This document shows positions 1 through 8,500 of a stretch of DNA of 64,000 nt, in pieces (position 1 is the first letter of the stretch; every line of letters begins with the position of its first letter). The notes below the pieces were generated by a model that saw nothing but the letters and a program-made list of their open reading frames with translations, was not told the origin of the DNA and made no database searches. Both the position numbers and the translations under genes were made by a program. Source of the stretch: an uncultured Bacilli bacterium (lineage in GTDB: Bacteria > Bacillota_I > Bacilli_A > RF39 > UBA660); NCBI GenBank assembly GCA_947588685.1, contig CANPYM010000002.1:25964-89963 (forward strand), in the 5' to 3' direction.

Positions 1-660
1 TGGCTAATTGCTTTTTTAACCGGTCATTTTAAAGCCTTTACAATCTATACCATTATTATTATCGTTCATGAACTAGGTCATATTTTAGCAGGATTTGTTC
101 TTAAATGGCCGATTGCTAAAATAACGCTTTATCCCTTTGGGGCTTTAACGACTTTTGATCATAAATTAAATTCTTCTAATCTTGAAGAATTTTTTGTTTT
201 AATCTATGGGCCATTATTTCAAATCTTATTTTATAAGTTATATCCGACTCCATATCATTATTTTATCTTGCTATTTAATTTATTACCTATTTATCCTTTG
301 GATGGATCTAAACTGCTTTTTTTATGCTTAAATAAGGTATCCAGTTATTATACATCATATATAATTATTTACTTTGTTTCTTACCTTACCATCTTTATAT
401 TAATGATGTTAGATGTTAATTTCCTTAATTATCTAGTTTTACTTTATCTAATATATGATGTTTTTACCTATTTAAAAAAATTACCTAGTATCATGCTTAA
501 GTTTTATTTTGAACGCTATAAAGATTCACCGCATTACCCTCATCAACATCTTATTAAAGGACTTAAAATGAAGAAGATGTTTAAAGAGAAAAATAATTAT
601 TTTTTAATTAGTGATTCTTATTATTCCGAAACAGAAGTGTTGCGCCACTTTTTTAACTAA
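1..660 (+). CDS. M50 family site-2 metalloprotease (SpoIVFB/RseP-like), 5'-partial
   Basis: Frame 1 is open from base 1. HExxH motif (IVHELGHIL) and LDG motif (LLPIYPLDGSKLL) typical of M50 peptidases; hydrophobic TM segments. Confidence 0.6.
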   Translation, partial: WLIAFLTGHFKAFTIYTIIIIVHELGHILAGFVLKWPIAKITLYPFGALTTFDHKLNSSNLEEFFVLIYGPLFQILFYKLYPTPYHYFILLFNLLPIYPLDGSKLLFLCLNKVSSYYTSYIIIYFVSYLTIFILMMLDVNFLNYLVLLYLIYDVFTYLKKLPSIMLKFYFERYKDSPHYPHQHLIKGLKMKKMFKEKNNYFLISDSYYSETEVLRHFFN

Positions 661-665
661 AGTCT

Positions 666-694
666 TTGACTTATAAAAGGGCTTGTATTATAAT
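666..694 (+). promoter_or_regulatory. sigma-A type promoter TTGACT-17-TATAAT
   Basis: TTGACT at 666-671, 17-nt spacer, TATAAT at 689-694. This places the paralog-1 start codon downstream of the ATG at 695. Confidence 0.4.
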
Positions 695-709
695 ATGACC
701 AGTTTGGTG

Positions 710-1267
710 ATGTGTGTGAACATAATTATAAATTATGATTTTTGGGAACATATTTTAGATGCTAAAGAGGGTATAACTCCTTTTAAAGTAGTTCGTAACA
801 ATAAAAGGAAGTGGGCCCGCTTGCATTTTCCCGTTTATACTTTAGTTGACACTTTAATTTTAGGCTCTCTTGATAAAACGATTGTATGTTTAGCCATTCA
901 ATTTGGCGGTTTAATATCGGTAGAATATTTTGCTCAAAGATTTTATAATGATGATGCTTACGCTAAAGTAGCTCAAAAAGATTTAACGATTTTAGCCCAA
1001 AAGATGAATGATAATTATATTAAAACAAGTTATCCTCTATTATTAGATTCAGAATATTATGATAGAGAGTGGCACATCCATATTAATGAAAGTAAAATAC
1101 CGGAATTAATTGAAAAAAAGTATATTTTAGTACCAACATATGCGGGAGATGGTAACACCAAGAGTGTGTCAATGGTTCAAGAACATATTGTGGGATCAGA
1201 TAATTATGTTTTAACGTTAGGTTCACCAAAGAAAAAATTCACACCGGTATTAGCTAGGGGGGTCTAG
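710..1267 (+). CDS. hypothetical protein, tandem paralog 1 of 4 (N-term NYD[FL], C-term KYILVP.Y...VQEHI.G motif)
   Basis: ORF 683-1267. Start placed at ATG 710 after the promoter. Shares N- and C-terminal motifs with the next three ORFs. Confidence 0.5.
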   Translation: MCVNIIINYDFWEHILDAKEGITPFKVVRNNKRKWARLHFPVYTLVDTLILGSLDKTIVCLAIQFGGLISVEYFAQRFYNDDAYAKVAQKDLTILAQKMNDNYIKTSYPLLLDSEYYDREWHIHINESKIPELIEKKYILVPTYAGDGNTKSVSMVQEHIVGSDNYVLTLGSPKKKFTPVLARGV

Positions 1268-1269
1268 GT

Positions 1270-1818
1270 ATGAATATTATTGTTAATTATGATTTAATTG
1301 AGAACATTAAGAATGCTACCGAGCCTTTACATCCATTAAAACTTTTGCGATGTAAGAAAAGAAAATTATGCTTTTACTATGTTCCTTGTCTAACCATTCT
1401 TAATGGTTTAACTAATCGTCATTTTTTACTACCAAGTTTAGCCATTAGTTTAGGTCTGGTATGTGTCTATGAGACTTTTCCTGAGTTGATGGCTAGAGTA
1501 GATCCTTTTTCTTTAAAAGCGAAGTCAGATTTACATAAATTAACATCACAGTTAAGAGATAATAATATCAATACTAACTATGATATGCTTCTTGCTTCTC
1601 AAGTAGAAGCTAAGGAGTATCATCTTCAGTTAAATGAACATAAGCTTCCAACTATCTTAGAACAAAAGTATATCCTAGTTCCTTCTTATGGCTTTGATAA
1701 TACGATAAGGGATACATCAATTGTTCAGGAACACGTCATTGGAACAAGGCATTATGTCTTATCAAGTGGAAGATATAATCCTCATAAAAAACTATCTTTA
1801 GTAAGGTCAAATGCTTAA
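1270..1818 (+). CDS. hypothetical protein, tandem paralog 2 of 4
   Basis: MNIIVNYDLIENIKN...KYILVPSYGFDN...IVQEHVIGTRHYVL; 3-nt gap from paralog 1. Confidence 0.55.
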   Translation: MNIIVNYDLIENIKNATEPLHPLKLLRCKKRKLCFYYVPCLTILNGLTNRHFLLPSLAISLGLVCVYETFPELMARVDPFSLKAKSDLHKLTSQLRDNNINTNYDMLLASQVEAKEYHLQLNEHKLPTILEQKYILVPSYGFDNTIRDTSIVQEHVIGTRHYVLSSGRYNPHKKLSLVRSNA

Positions 1819-1819
1819 T

Positions 1820-1848
1820 TTGACAAAAAAATAAAAATATGATAGTAT
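1820..1848 (+). promoter_or_regulatory. promoter TTGACA-17-TAGTAT with TGn extended -10
   Basis: TTGACA at 1820-1825; TG at 1840-1841; TAGTAT at 1843-1848. Confidence 0.35.
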
Positions 1849-1850
1849 AT

Positions 1851-2040
1851 AGCTCGTTGAAAGGGAGTAGTTCTCATTCTTCGGAATGTTTTAGCCCGTC
1901 ATTTCAGCTTCGGCTCGGGTTAAAAGATATACTAGTTATCGAACGAGACTTTTACGAATAAGTAGAAGTCTCGTTTTTTATTAAACTTCTACTTATAAGT
2001 AGAAGTTTTTTCTTTTCAATCGTTATAAAACAAAGGGGGG
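1851..2040 (+). promoter_or_regulatory. structured 5' leader with two UUCG-capped hairpins and two tandem intrinsic-terminator hairpins (candidate attenuator/riboswitch)
   Basis: Hairpin CATTC-TTCG-GAATG at 1875-1888. Hairpin GCCCG..AGC-TTCG-GCT..CGGGT at 1894-1920. CGAGACTT..AAGTCTCG followed by T6 (~1946-1978). AACTTCTACTT-ATA-AAGTAGAAGTT followed by T-run (~1990-2020). CTCGTT (1853-1858) can pair with AACGAG (~1942-1947), which overlaps the 5' arm of the first terminator. Confidence 0.3.
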
Positions 2041-2046
2041 ATATCT

Positions 2047-2736
2047 ATGATAGCATTGAATTATGACTTAGTTAAAAAGATTAAGAAACACCGTCTTGCC
2101 CTAAAACTTTCTAATCGGACTAGAATCGTCAAAGAAAAAAATCAAGCTTTTTATAAAAAACTTGGTACAGTTTGCGATAACGTCTTTGATGAAATAGATG
2201 TCGGCAATATCATCATTAGTAGTAAAGTTAGCGCGATAACATCATTTGTAATTTTAGCTGGTCTTATTAATAAGATATGCTTAAAACATATGGCAAAGGA
2301 ACAAATACCCATAGTTCTTATGACAGAGGGTAAAGCCGTTTTAGCTATTTTAGGCGGTATCGTAACGATTAATCTGGGATTACCTTTTGTCGCTTTGACT
2401 AGCAATTTAGCGCAAAAAAAGGTGGAGAAAACATTAATTGCTGCTCAAGAAAAAATGCATCATCCAAGCTTCCAATTAGATTTAACGAATCCACATAGTG
2501 AAATCTTGGCAACGAAAAGAAAAATTAAATTTCAAAAAAATCATCAAAAAATAAAAACACCGATTATAGAAAAACATATTTATTGTAGAGTATTTGACTA
2601 CAAAACTTCAAAGAAAAAATATGCTGAAGTTATTCAGGAACATAAATTAGGTACAAAAAAATATAAATTAACTTTTGGTGATGTGTATGATGCATCAGAA
2701 GAATGCATAACGCATCAAAAAGTAAAAAAAATGTAA
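2047..2736 (+). CDS. hypothetical protein, tandem paralog 3 of 4
   Basis: MIALNYDLVKKIKK...VIQEHKLGTKKYKL; RBS GGGGGGA before ATG. Confidence 0.55.
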   Translation: MIALNYDLVKKIKKHRLALKLSNRTRIVKEKNQAFYKKLGTVCDNVFDEIDVGNIIISSKVSAITSFVILAGLINKICLKHMAKEQIPIVLMTEGKAVLAILGGIVTINLGLPFVALTSNLAQKKVEKTLIAAQEKMHHPSFQLDLTNPHSEILATKRKIKFQKNHQKIKTPIIEKHIYCRVFDYKTSKKKYAEVIQEHKLGTKKYKLTFGDVYDASEECITHQKVKKM

Positions 2737-2749
2737 AGGAGAGATAAAA

Positions 2750-3349
2750 ATGATAATTAATTATAATTTATTTAAAAAGGTTCTTTCAACTAATCGTGCT
2801 TTTTCCTTATCAGGTTCAATTGCATGGGAAGGTTTCGATTTTGGTGAAGGATTATTTTCAAAAGATTTTTTTGAAGCTGTTGGTGCTCAAGAGTTTATCG
2901 TTGCTTTAGGATGCGTGGTAGTTCGTTTCATAAAGGATATTCATGCTGATTTCTATAGTGTTTTCATTACGGCATGTAAAGGTTGTTGGTATGTCTTCCT
3001 TGGAAATATTGGTATTGAGCTTTTGATAGATGCCATTACTGTTATAACAGATGTATCAAGTTCAATTGCTTATTACTTTAAAAAGAAAAGCCTTCCTAAA
3101 ATAGCTAAACAATTAGAGACATTAGGATGTCATATAACGGCGAATGATTTGTATGGTGCTGAATTTAGTTGGCCGCAATTTACATTACAACGTGAGGAAG
3201 AAAAAAGAACTAAAGTTTTAGTTACACGTACTATGAGTATTAATGATATAACTTTCATTCAAGAACATATTCTCGGAAGTAGAAAGTACAAAATCACTCG
3301 TGAGGGTTATAGTGAAGTTTTACCGGATAAAGTAAAAAAACTTAGTTAA
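2750..3349 (+). CDS. hypothetical protein, tandem paralog 4 of 4
   Basis: MIINYNLFKKV...FIQEHILGSRKYKI; RBS AAGGAGAG before ATG. Confidence 0.55.
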   Translation: MIINYNLFKKVLSTNRAFSLSGSIAWEGFDFGEGLFSKDFFEAVGAQEFIVALGCVVVRFIKDIHADFYSVFITACKGCWYVFLGNIGIELLIDAITVITDVSSSIAYYFKKKSLPKIAKQLETLGCHITANDLYGAEFSWPQFTLQREEEKRTKVLVTRTMSINDITFIQEHILGSRKYKITREGYSEVLPDKVKKLS

Positions 3350-3367
3350 CTTAATTGTCAAAAATCA

Positions 3368-3492
3368 TTGACAAACCAAGGCTCGTATGTTAAAATGTAT
3401 TACTGTGTAGGACCTCATTCTACAACCGCACAGAACAGGTTTAAAACGTAAAGTACCTTAATGGCGAGTCTTAGATTATAAAGGAGGATATT
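3368..3492 (+). promoter_or_regulatory. promoter (TTGACA-17-TAAAAT) plus structured rplU 5' leader (L21-leader-like)
   Basis: TTGACA at 3368-3373, TAAAAT at 3391-3396. ~90-nt leader with CTGTG...CACAG pairing before RBS AAGGAGG. Confidence 0.4.
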
Positions 3493-3789
3493 ATGAAAGC
3501 TGTTATTGAAACAGGTGGAAAACAATACTACGTTGAAGAAGGATCTATTCTTTATGTTGAAAAGCTTGACGCTGAAGCTGGTAAAGAAGTTGTTTTTGAT
3601 AAGGTATTGATGCTAGATGGTAAAGCTGGTAACCCTTATATCAAAGGCGCTAAAGTTACGGCTGAAGTATTAAAGCATGGTAAAGCAAAAAAAGTTATCG
3701 TTTATAAATATAAACAAAAGAAGAATTATCATCGTACACAAGGACATCGTCAACCATACACCAAAGTTGAAATTAAGAAGATTAAGTAA
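3493..3789 (+). CDS. rplU: 50S ribosomal protein L21
   Basis: [25 protein letters not shown]... is the canonical L21 sequence. Confidence 0.95.
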   Translation: MKAVIETGGKQYYVEEGSILYVEKLDAEAGKEVVFDKVLMLDGKAGNPYIKGAKVTAEVLKHGKAKKVIVYKYKQKKNYHRTQGHRQPYTKVEIKKIK

Positions 3790-3794
3790 TTAGT

Positions 3795-4100
3795 ATGATA
3801 AAAGTAGATGTTAAAAAGAAAGATGATGTAGTAAATTACATTAAGATATCAGGGCATTCAGAATATGCGGAAGCTGGTTTTGATATCGTTTGTGCCTCAG
3901 TATCTTCAATAGCGATTACGACAGTTAATGCTTTAGTTAGTATTAATGAGGACTGTCTTGTTTATAGTGAAGGTGAGGGCTTGTTAGAGATAGGTATTTT
4001 AATTCATGATGAAGTTATTGATAAATTAGTCACGAATATGTTAAATCTATTTAAAAACTTATCTCTAGATTATAAAGAATATATAAAACTTAATTATTAA
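3795..4100 (+). CDS. prp: ribosomal-processing cysteine protease Prp (YsxB family)
   Basis: Conserved position between rplU and rpmA. ~100 aa with GHSEYA...DIVCASVS motif. Confidence 0.85.
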   Translation: MIKVDVKKKDDVVNYIKISGHSEYAEAGFDIVCASVSSIAITTVNALVSINEDCLVYSEGEGLLEIGILIHDEVIDKLVTNMLNLFKNLSLDYKEYIKLNY

Positions 4101-4114
4101 GGGAGGTGCTCAGG

Positions 4115-4402
4115 ATGAAATTGATGAGATTGAATATCCAATTATTTGCCCACAAAAAAGGTCAAGGTTCAACTAAAAATGGACGTGACTCAATATCTAA
4201 AAGATTAGGAGCAAAAGCTGCTGATGGTGAACATGTATCTGGCGGTTCTATTTTATATCGTCAAAGAGGAACAAAGATTCATCCAGGTGTTAACGTAGGT
4301 ATTGGTTCTGATGATACTTTATACGCTAAAATTAGCGGATATGTAAAATTTGAACGTTTAGGAAAAGATAAAAAACAAGTAAGTATTTATCCTGAAGTAT
4401 AA
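4115..4402 (+). CDS. rpmA: 50S ribosomal protein L27 with cleavable N-terminal extension
   Basis: [11 protein letters not shown]|[15 protein letters not shown]... RBS GGGAGG at 4101-4106. The ORF track begins at GTG 4106; ATG 4115 is preferred. Confidence 0.93.
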   Translation: MKLMRLNIQLFAHKKGQGSTKNGRDSISKRLGAKAADGEHVSGGSILYRQRGTKIHPGVNVGIGSDDTLYAKISGYVKFERLGKDKKQVSIYPEV

Positions 4403-4427
4403 GACTGATTAATCAGTCTTTTTTTTG
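4403..4427 (+). terminator. rho-independent terminator
   Basis: AGACTGATT-AATCAGTCT hairpin followed by T8. Confidence 0.7.
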
Positions 4428-4442
4428 TAAAAAGAAAAGCTA

Positions 4443-5405
4443 TTAGCTAACTTTTCCTTTTAATACTTTACAAATAGTTTCAATACATTTTTGCTTTTGG
4501 GATAATCTTGGATGTACATAAAGATTTAAGGTTATATCAACGCTAGCATGACCCAATAATTCACTTACGGTTTTATAATCCGTTCCTGCGCTGATACAGT
4601 TAGTTGCAAAAGTATGACGAAGTGTATGAAACTTGAAATGATCTAGACCGATAAAATCAATTAATTTAGAAAAATAGCGACTATAAGAACGGGGTTCGAT
4701 AGGTTTAAGTTTACCAGATATTAGATAGCTATGAAGATTACTTGGTACATATTCTTTTAAAATATTTAAGATATCTTTACTAAGAGGAATATCGCGGTTG
4801 GCATTAATTGTTTTAGGCGAGGTGATGACTAATTTTGATAATGATCTATCTTCATCTTTAATATATATTCGCTGAATTGTTTTATTGATTGATATCGTTC
4901 CTTTTTTAAAATCGACATCTTCCCATTTCAAGGCACATACTTCGCCAATGCGAAGCCCTAAATACAATGATAATAAAATGCCAAGATTGCGATAATTCAT
5001 ATTATCAAGTAAATAATTAGTTAGAGTTACTTGTTCATCATAAGATAATACATATAAACGATTCGCCTGTTTCTTGTTAGGATAGGCGAATGTTAAATCG
5101 ATATAAGAAATGTATTTTTCACTCATCGCTTTTTTAAGGCTACTTTTAATAATGTTGGCAATATCTTTGATGGTCTTTAACGCTAACCCTGTCTTTTTAT
5201 TATCATCGGCTAAAGTTAGTAAAAAATCTTGAATTATTTTATGGGTAATATCTTCCAAATAATATTTTCCTAACATTGGAATAATATGGTTGAAAATATG
5301 GTTTGAGTAATTAGCATAGGTTGATTCTTTGACATAATTTTTCTTATCTTTAAGCCATTCACATATCCAGTTTTGGTAAAGTATTCTTTTTTTAAATATA
5401 ATCAT
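4443..5405 (-). CDS. tyrosine-type site-specific recombinase/integrase
   Basis: C-terminal HTLRHTFATNCISAGTD...LGHASVDITLNLYVHP (R..HxxR..Y catalytic region). Start moved to ATG 5405 (MIIFKK), preceded by AAAGGAGGA. Confidence 0.85.
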   Translation of the reverse strand: MIIFKKRILYQNWICEWLKDKKNYVKESTYANYSNHIFNHIIPMLGKYYLEDITHKIIQDFLLTLADDNKKTGLALKTIKDIANIIKSSLKKAMSEKYISYIDLTFAYPNKKQANRLYVLSYDEQVTLTNYLLDNMNYRNLGILLSLYLGLRIGEVCALKWEDVDFKKGTISINKTIQRIYIKDEDRSLSKLVITSPKTINANRDIPLSKDILNILKEYVPSNLHSYLISGKLKPIEPRSYSRYFSKLIDFIGLDHFKFHTLRHTFATNCISAGTDYKTVSELLGHASVDITLNLYVHPRLSQKQKCIETICKVLKGKVS

Positions 5406-5547
5406 ATTTCCTCCTTTCAAGGAATTTATTATATAAGAAGATTTAAAAGATTGGCGAGAGGAAAAAATTATGACATTTTTTTACAATTTACTTGTTTGCC
5501 AAATTAGAATATGTTAATATAATAATGTATAAGAAAGGAGTAAGATA

Positions 5548-8500
5548 ATGAAGAGATTATTTCGAAGTCTATTAGCTTTAGCGTTGATATTTGGTTTATA
5601 TGTACCACAAGTTTTAGCTTTCCCTCCTTTATTTAATGAACCAATTAGTATTTTAGCGGAAGCTGATAGTTTGCTAAGTACATCTTTAGAACAACCTTCA
5701 TTCGTTGGAACAGGTAACTTGGAACTTGATTTAAAGTTTAGTTTACCAATTAAAAATGTTGCTAATCCTAATATTAAAGTAACTCTTAAAGATAGTTCAA
5801 ATGCGTCTTTTACTATCAATCTAAATGATTATCCAACGATGACACGGGATAATTATACTTTAGGTGATCAAAAGGGCGAGTTTTCTATTCGTAAGATGGA
5901 AGTTGTTACTAAAGAAGACGGCAATATAAGCTATGAAGACGTTAAAAATGGCGTTGATAGTAGCGATGTTAAGTATTATGCGATGACCATTTATGGTTTG
6001 CGCCAAGGAACTTATAGTGTAACTTTATCTGGTAATGGTTATAAAGATTACACGGTTACTGGCATTAAACTAGATGATTACGCTAAACGTGTTACCATGT
6101 CAAATGATCGGGGATTATTTGAAGTGGGGGATGTCAATGGTGATAACGCTGTCGATGAAAAAGATATCGATGGTATTATTGCGCATATCGGTAGTAAAGA
6201 TGCCGCAGATTTAAATAAGTATGATTTAGATCGTGATGGCGAGATTCAAATTAACGATATGGCGATGGCAGCTTCTAGTATCAATGGCGAAGTTGAAAAA
6301 GTATCGATTGAAAATACGATGGCTATTATCAGTGCTGATAGCTTTAGCATTGATGAATCATCAACTTCTATCGATGGCGATATAGCTGATTTATTCACGC
6401 CAGATGGAAGTGTCGGAGTTCACCCAAGTGATACCGAAGCCGAAATATCTGAGGAAAATCCGGCTGTCATTTCCCTTGATATGAAAAAGCCTGTTGAAAT
6501 GGGTGAGATTAGAATTGAGACAGGACACGATAATGTGCCTGAAGAAATGACTGTTATCGTTTTAGATGAAAACGATAAAGAACACGAGTTTAAAGTTGCA
6601 AAACAACAAGTAGAAGCGATAGCGCATAAGTTTACGGATAAGAGTAGCGAAGGTACGATTGTTGTTGACTTAGAAGGTCAAATAGCTGTTAAAAAGGTAA
6701 CAATTAAAATCACGAAATCATCAGGTAAAAACTTAGCGGAAATCGCTGAAGTGGAATTCTTAAACAATGTTAAAGAAGATGTGGCTCCACCTGAAATAAA
6801 TATTCCAAGTGGCTTAAAAGCTAACTTAGGTAGTGAACAAGTAACCCTTACTTGGAATGGTATTCCAAACGTTACGGGATATGAAGTATTATTCCAAACT
6901 TTAGATACTAGTGGTAATGTCACAAAGAATGAAATCTTACAGACAACCTACACGAATTATACAATTGAAGATTTGAAAAATTACAAAGATTATCGCGCTG
7001 CTGTAAGAGGTGTTAATGGCGATTGGAAGGGTGCCTATAGTGCTGAAATAACTTTCCAACCCGAGGCTAGTAGAAAACCTCCAGCACCCGATATGGTTAA
7101 TGTAACACCAACTTTTGCCGGCTTAGATATTAGTTGGAAAGATATGAAAGATACCTTATCCTATAATATCTATTACCGAGCTTTAGGTGCTGAAGAGTTT
7201 GAAGAAATAAGAGAATACAAAGGAACAAGTTATAAACTACGTAACTTACTTCCATCAACGGCTTATGAAGTTTATATTTCTGGTAATAACCCAAATGGTG
7301 AAGGAGCTCGCTCATTAAAAGCTAGTGGCACGACCCTTGCTGAAGGCGCTGCTATTACCCCTAAATATAAATTAATTAATAAGTCTAATGGTGGCGATAT
7401 AACTAGTCATATTAAAGAAGTTGTATCAAGTCTAGGTACGATGTCTAACGGCGATAATACCGCTTTAGTTGATGATGATTTCCATACTTATTGGGAACAC
7501 AAAGATTGGCAAGTAAATGCAAGCGCTAACTATTCTTTTGGAGCACCAATAATTGTTCTAGATCAAGAATATACAATGGACCGTTTTGCTTTAACTATAC
7601 CTGATTCTTACACATTTAGTTATAAGGGTGGTTCTTATGATCCAACTAGTAGAGATTATAACGATGTTAAAGTCTTCTACTGGAGTGGTGATGATGTAAG
7701 ATCAACTCAAAATAGTATAGTGGTTCATGGTAAGCTAGAACTAAAAAAGGATAAGAATAATCGTTCTTATTATGTTTTAAAACTTCAAGAACCAATTAAA
7801 GCTAATGCTGTTCAATTTGGTCTTACTGTTGCTGGTAATACTAAATTAATTCAAATTAGTGAAGTAAAACTATATGAATATGATTCTATTGCTGACGAAG
7901 TTAATGCTTTATTCACGGATGATTTGCATTTAGTTTTAGCTGATGGTGTTAATGAAGCTCGTCTTAAAGCGTTAGAAGAACGTCTTAATACAGTTGATAA
8001 AGAAAGTGGTGAGTATCACCCAGATAAGGATGCTATTCAAGCTGATATTGACTATGCAAGACGTATCTTAAATGATGAAGATTTAAGTAAAGAAATTATT
8101 ACGGTTAACCAAAATATAACCGCTAAAAAACATACTGGCTTTAGTCAACTTAGTGAGTTACAACCATTAGGTATTGTTGCTCGCCCTGGTGAGACGATTA
8201 CCATTTATATGGGAACTGATACGAATGTACATCCACAAGTTGTCTTTACACAGTTCTATGCCGAAGCTGGTGGATGGAGTGTCACTAAAGGAAACCTTAA
8301 TAATGGCGCTAATGTTATTGAAGTACCAAAAGTAAACTCTATGGATGTTGATAAGGGTGGCGCTGTTTATATTAAGTATCCTAATTCAGCACCAACTAAA
8401 GGAACGATTAAGATTAGAGTTAGTGGTGGCGAAAGAATACCAATGCTAGATTTATATAGTAATCTATCTGATGAAGTTGAATCTAAGGCTATTATTAGTT

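Noticed and set aside
2151-2405. - strand 84-aa ORF inside paralog 3
   Set aside because: Antisense to a CDS with RBS and conserved family motifs.
4403-4445. Possible att site / direct repeats flanking the integrase-bounded segment
   Set aside because: The only similarity to the right end (11588-11642) is T-rich terminator sequence; no convincing >10-bp direct repeat seen by eye, so left as inference only.
5514-5819. - strand ORF overlapping the start of the giant peptidase gene
   Set aside because: Antisense to a well-supported signal-peptide-bearing CDS; no independent support.
6678-7315. Short - strand ORFs (6678-6923, 7130-7315) inside the giant gene
   Set aside because: Embedded antisense in a long, domain-rich CDS; typical spurious ORFs in AT-rich DNA.
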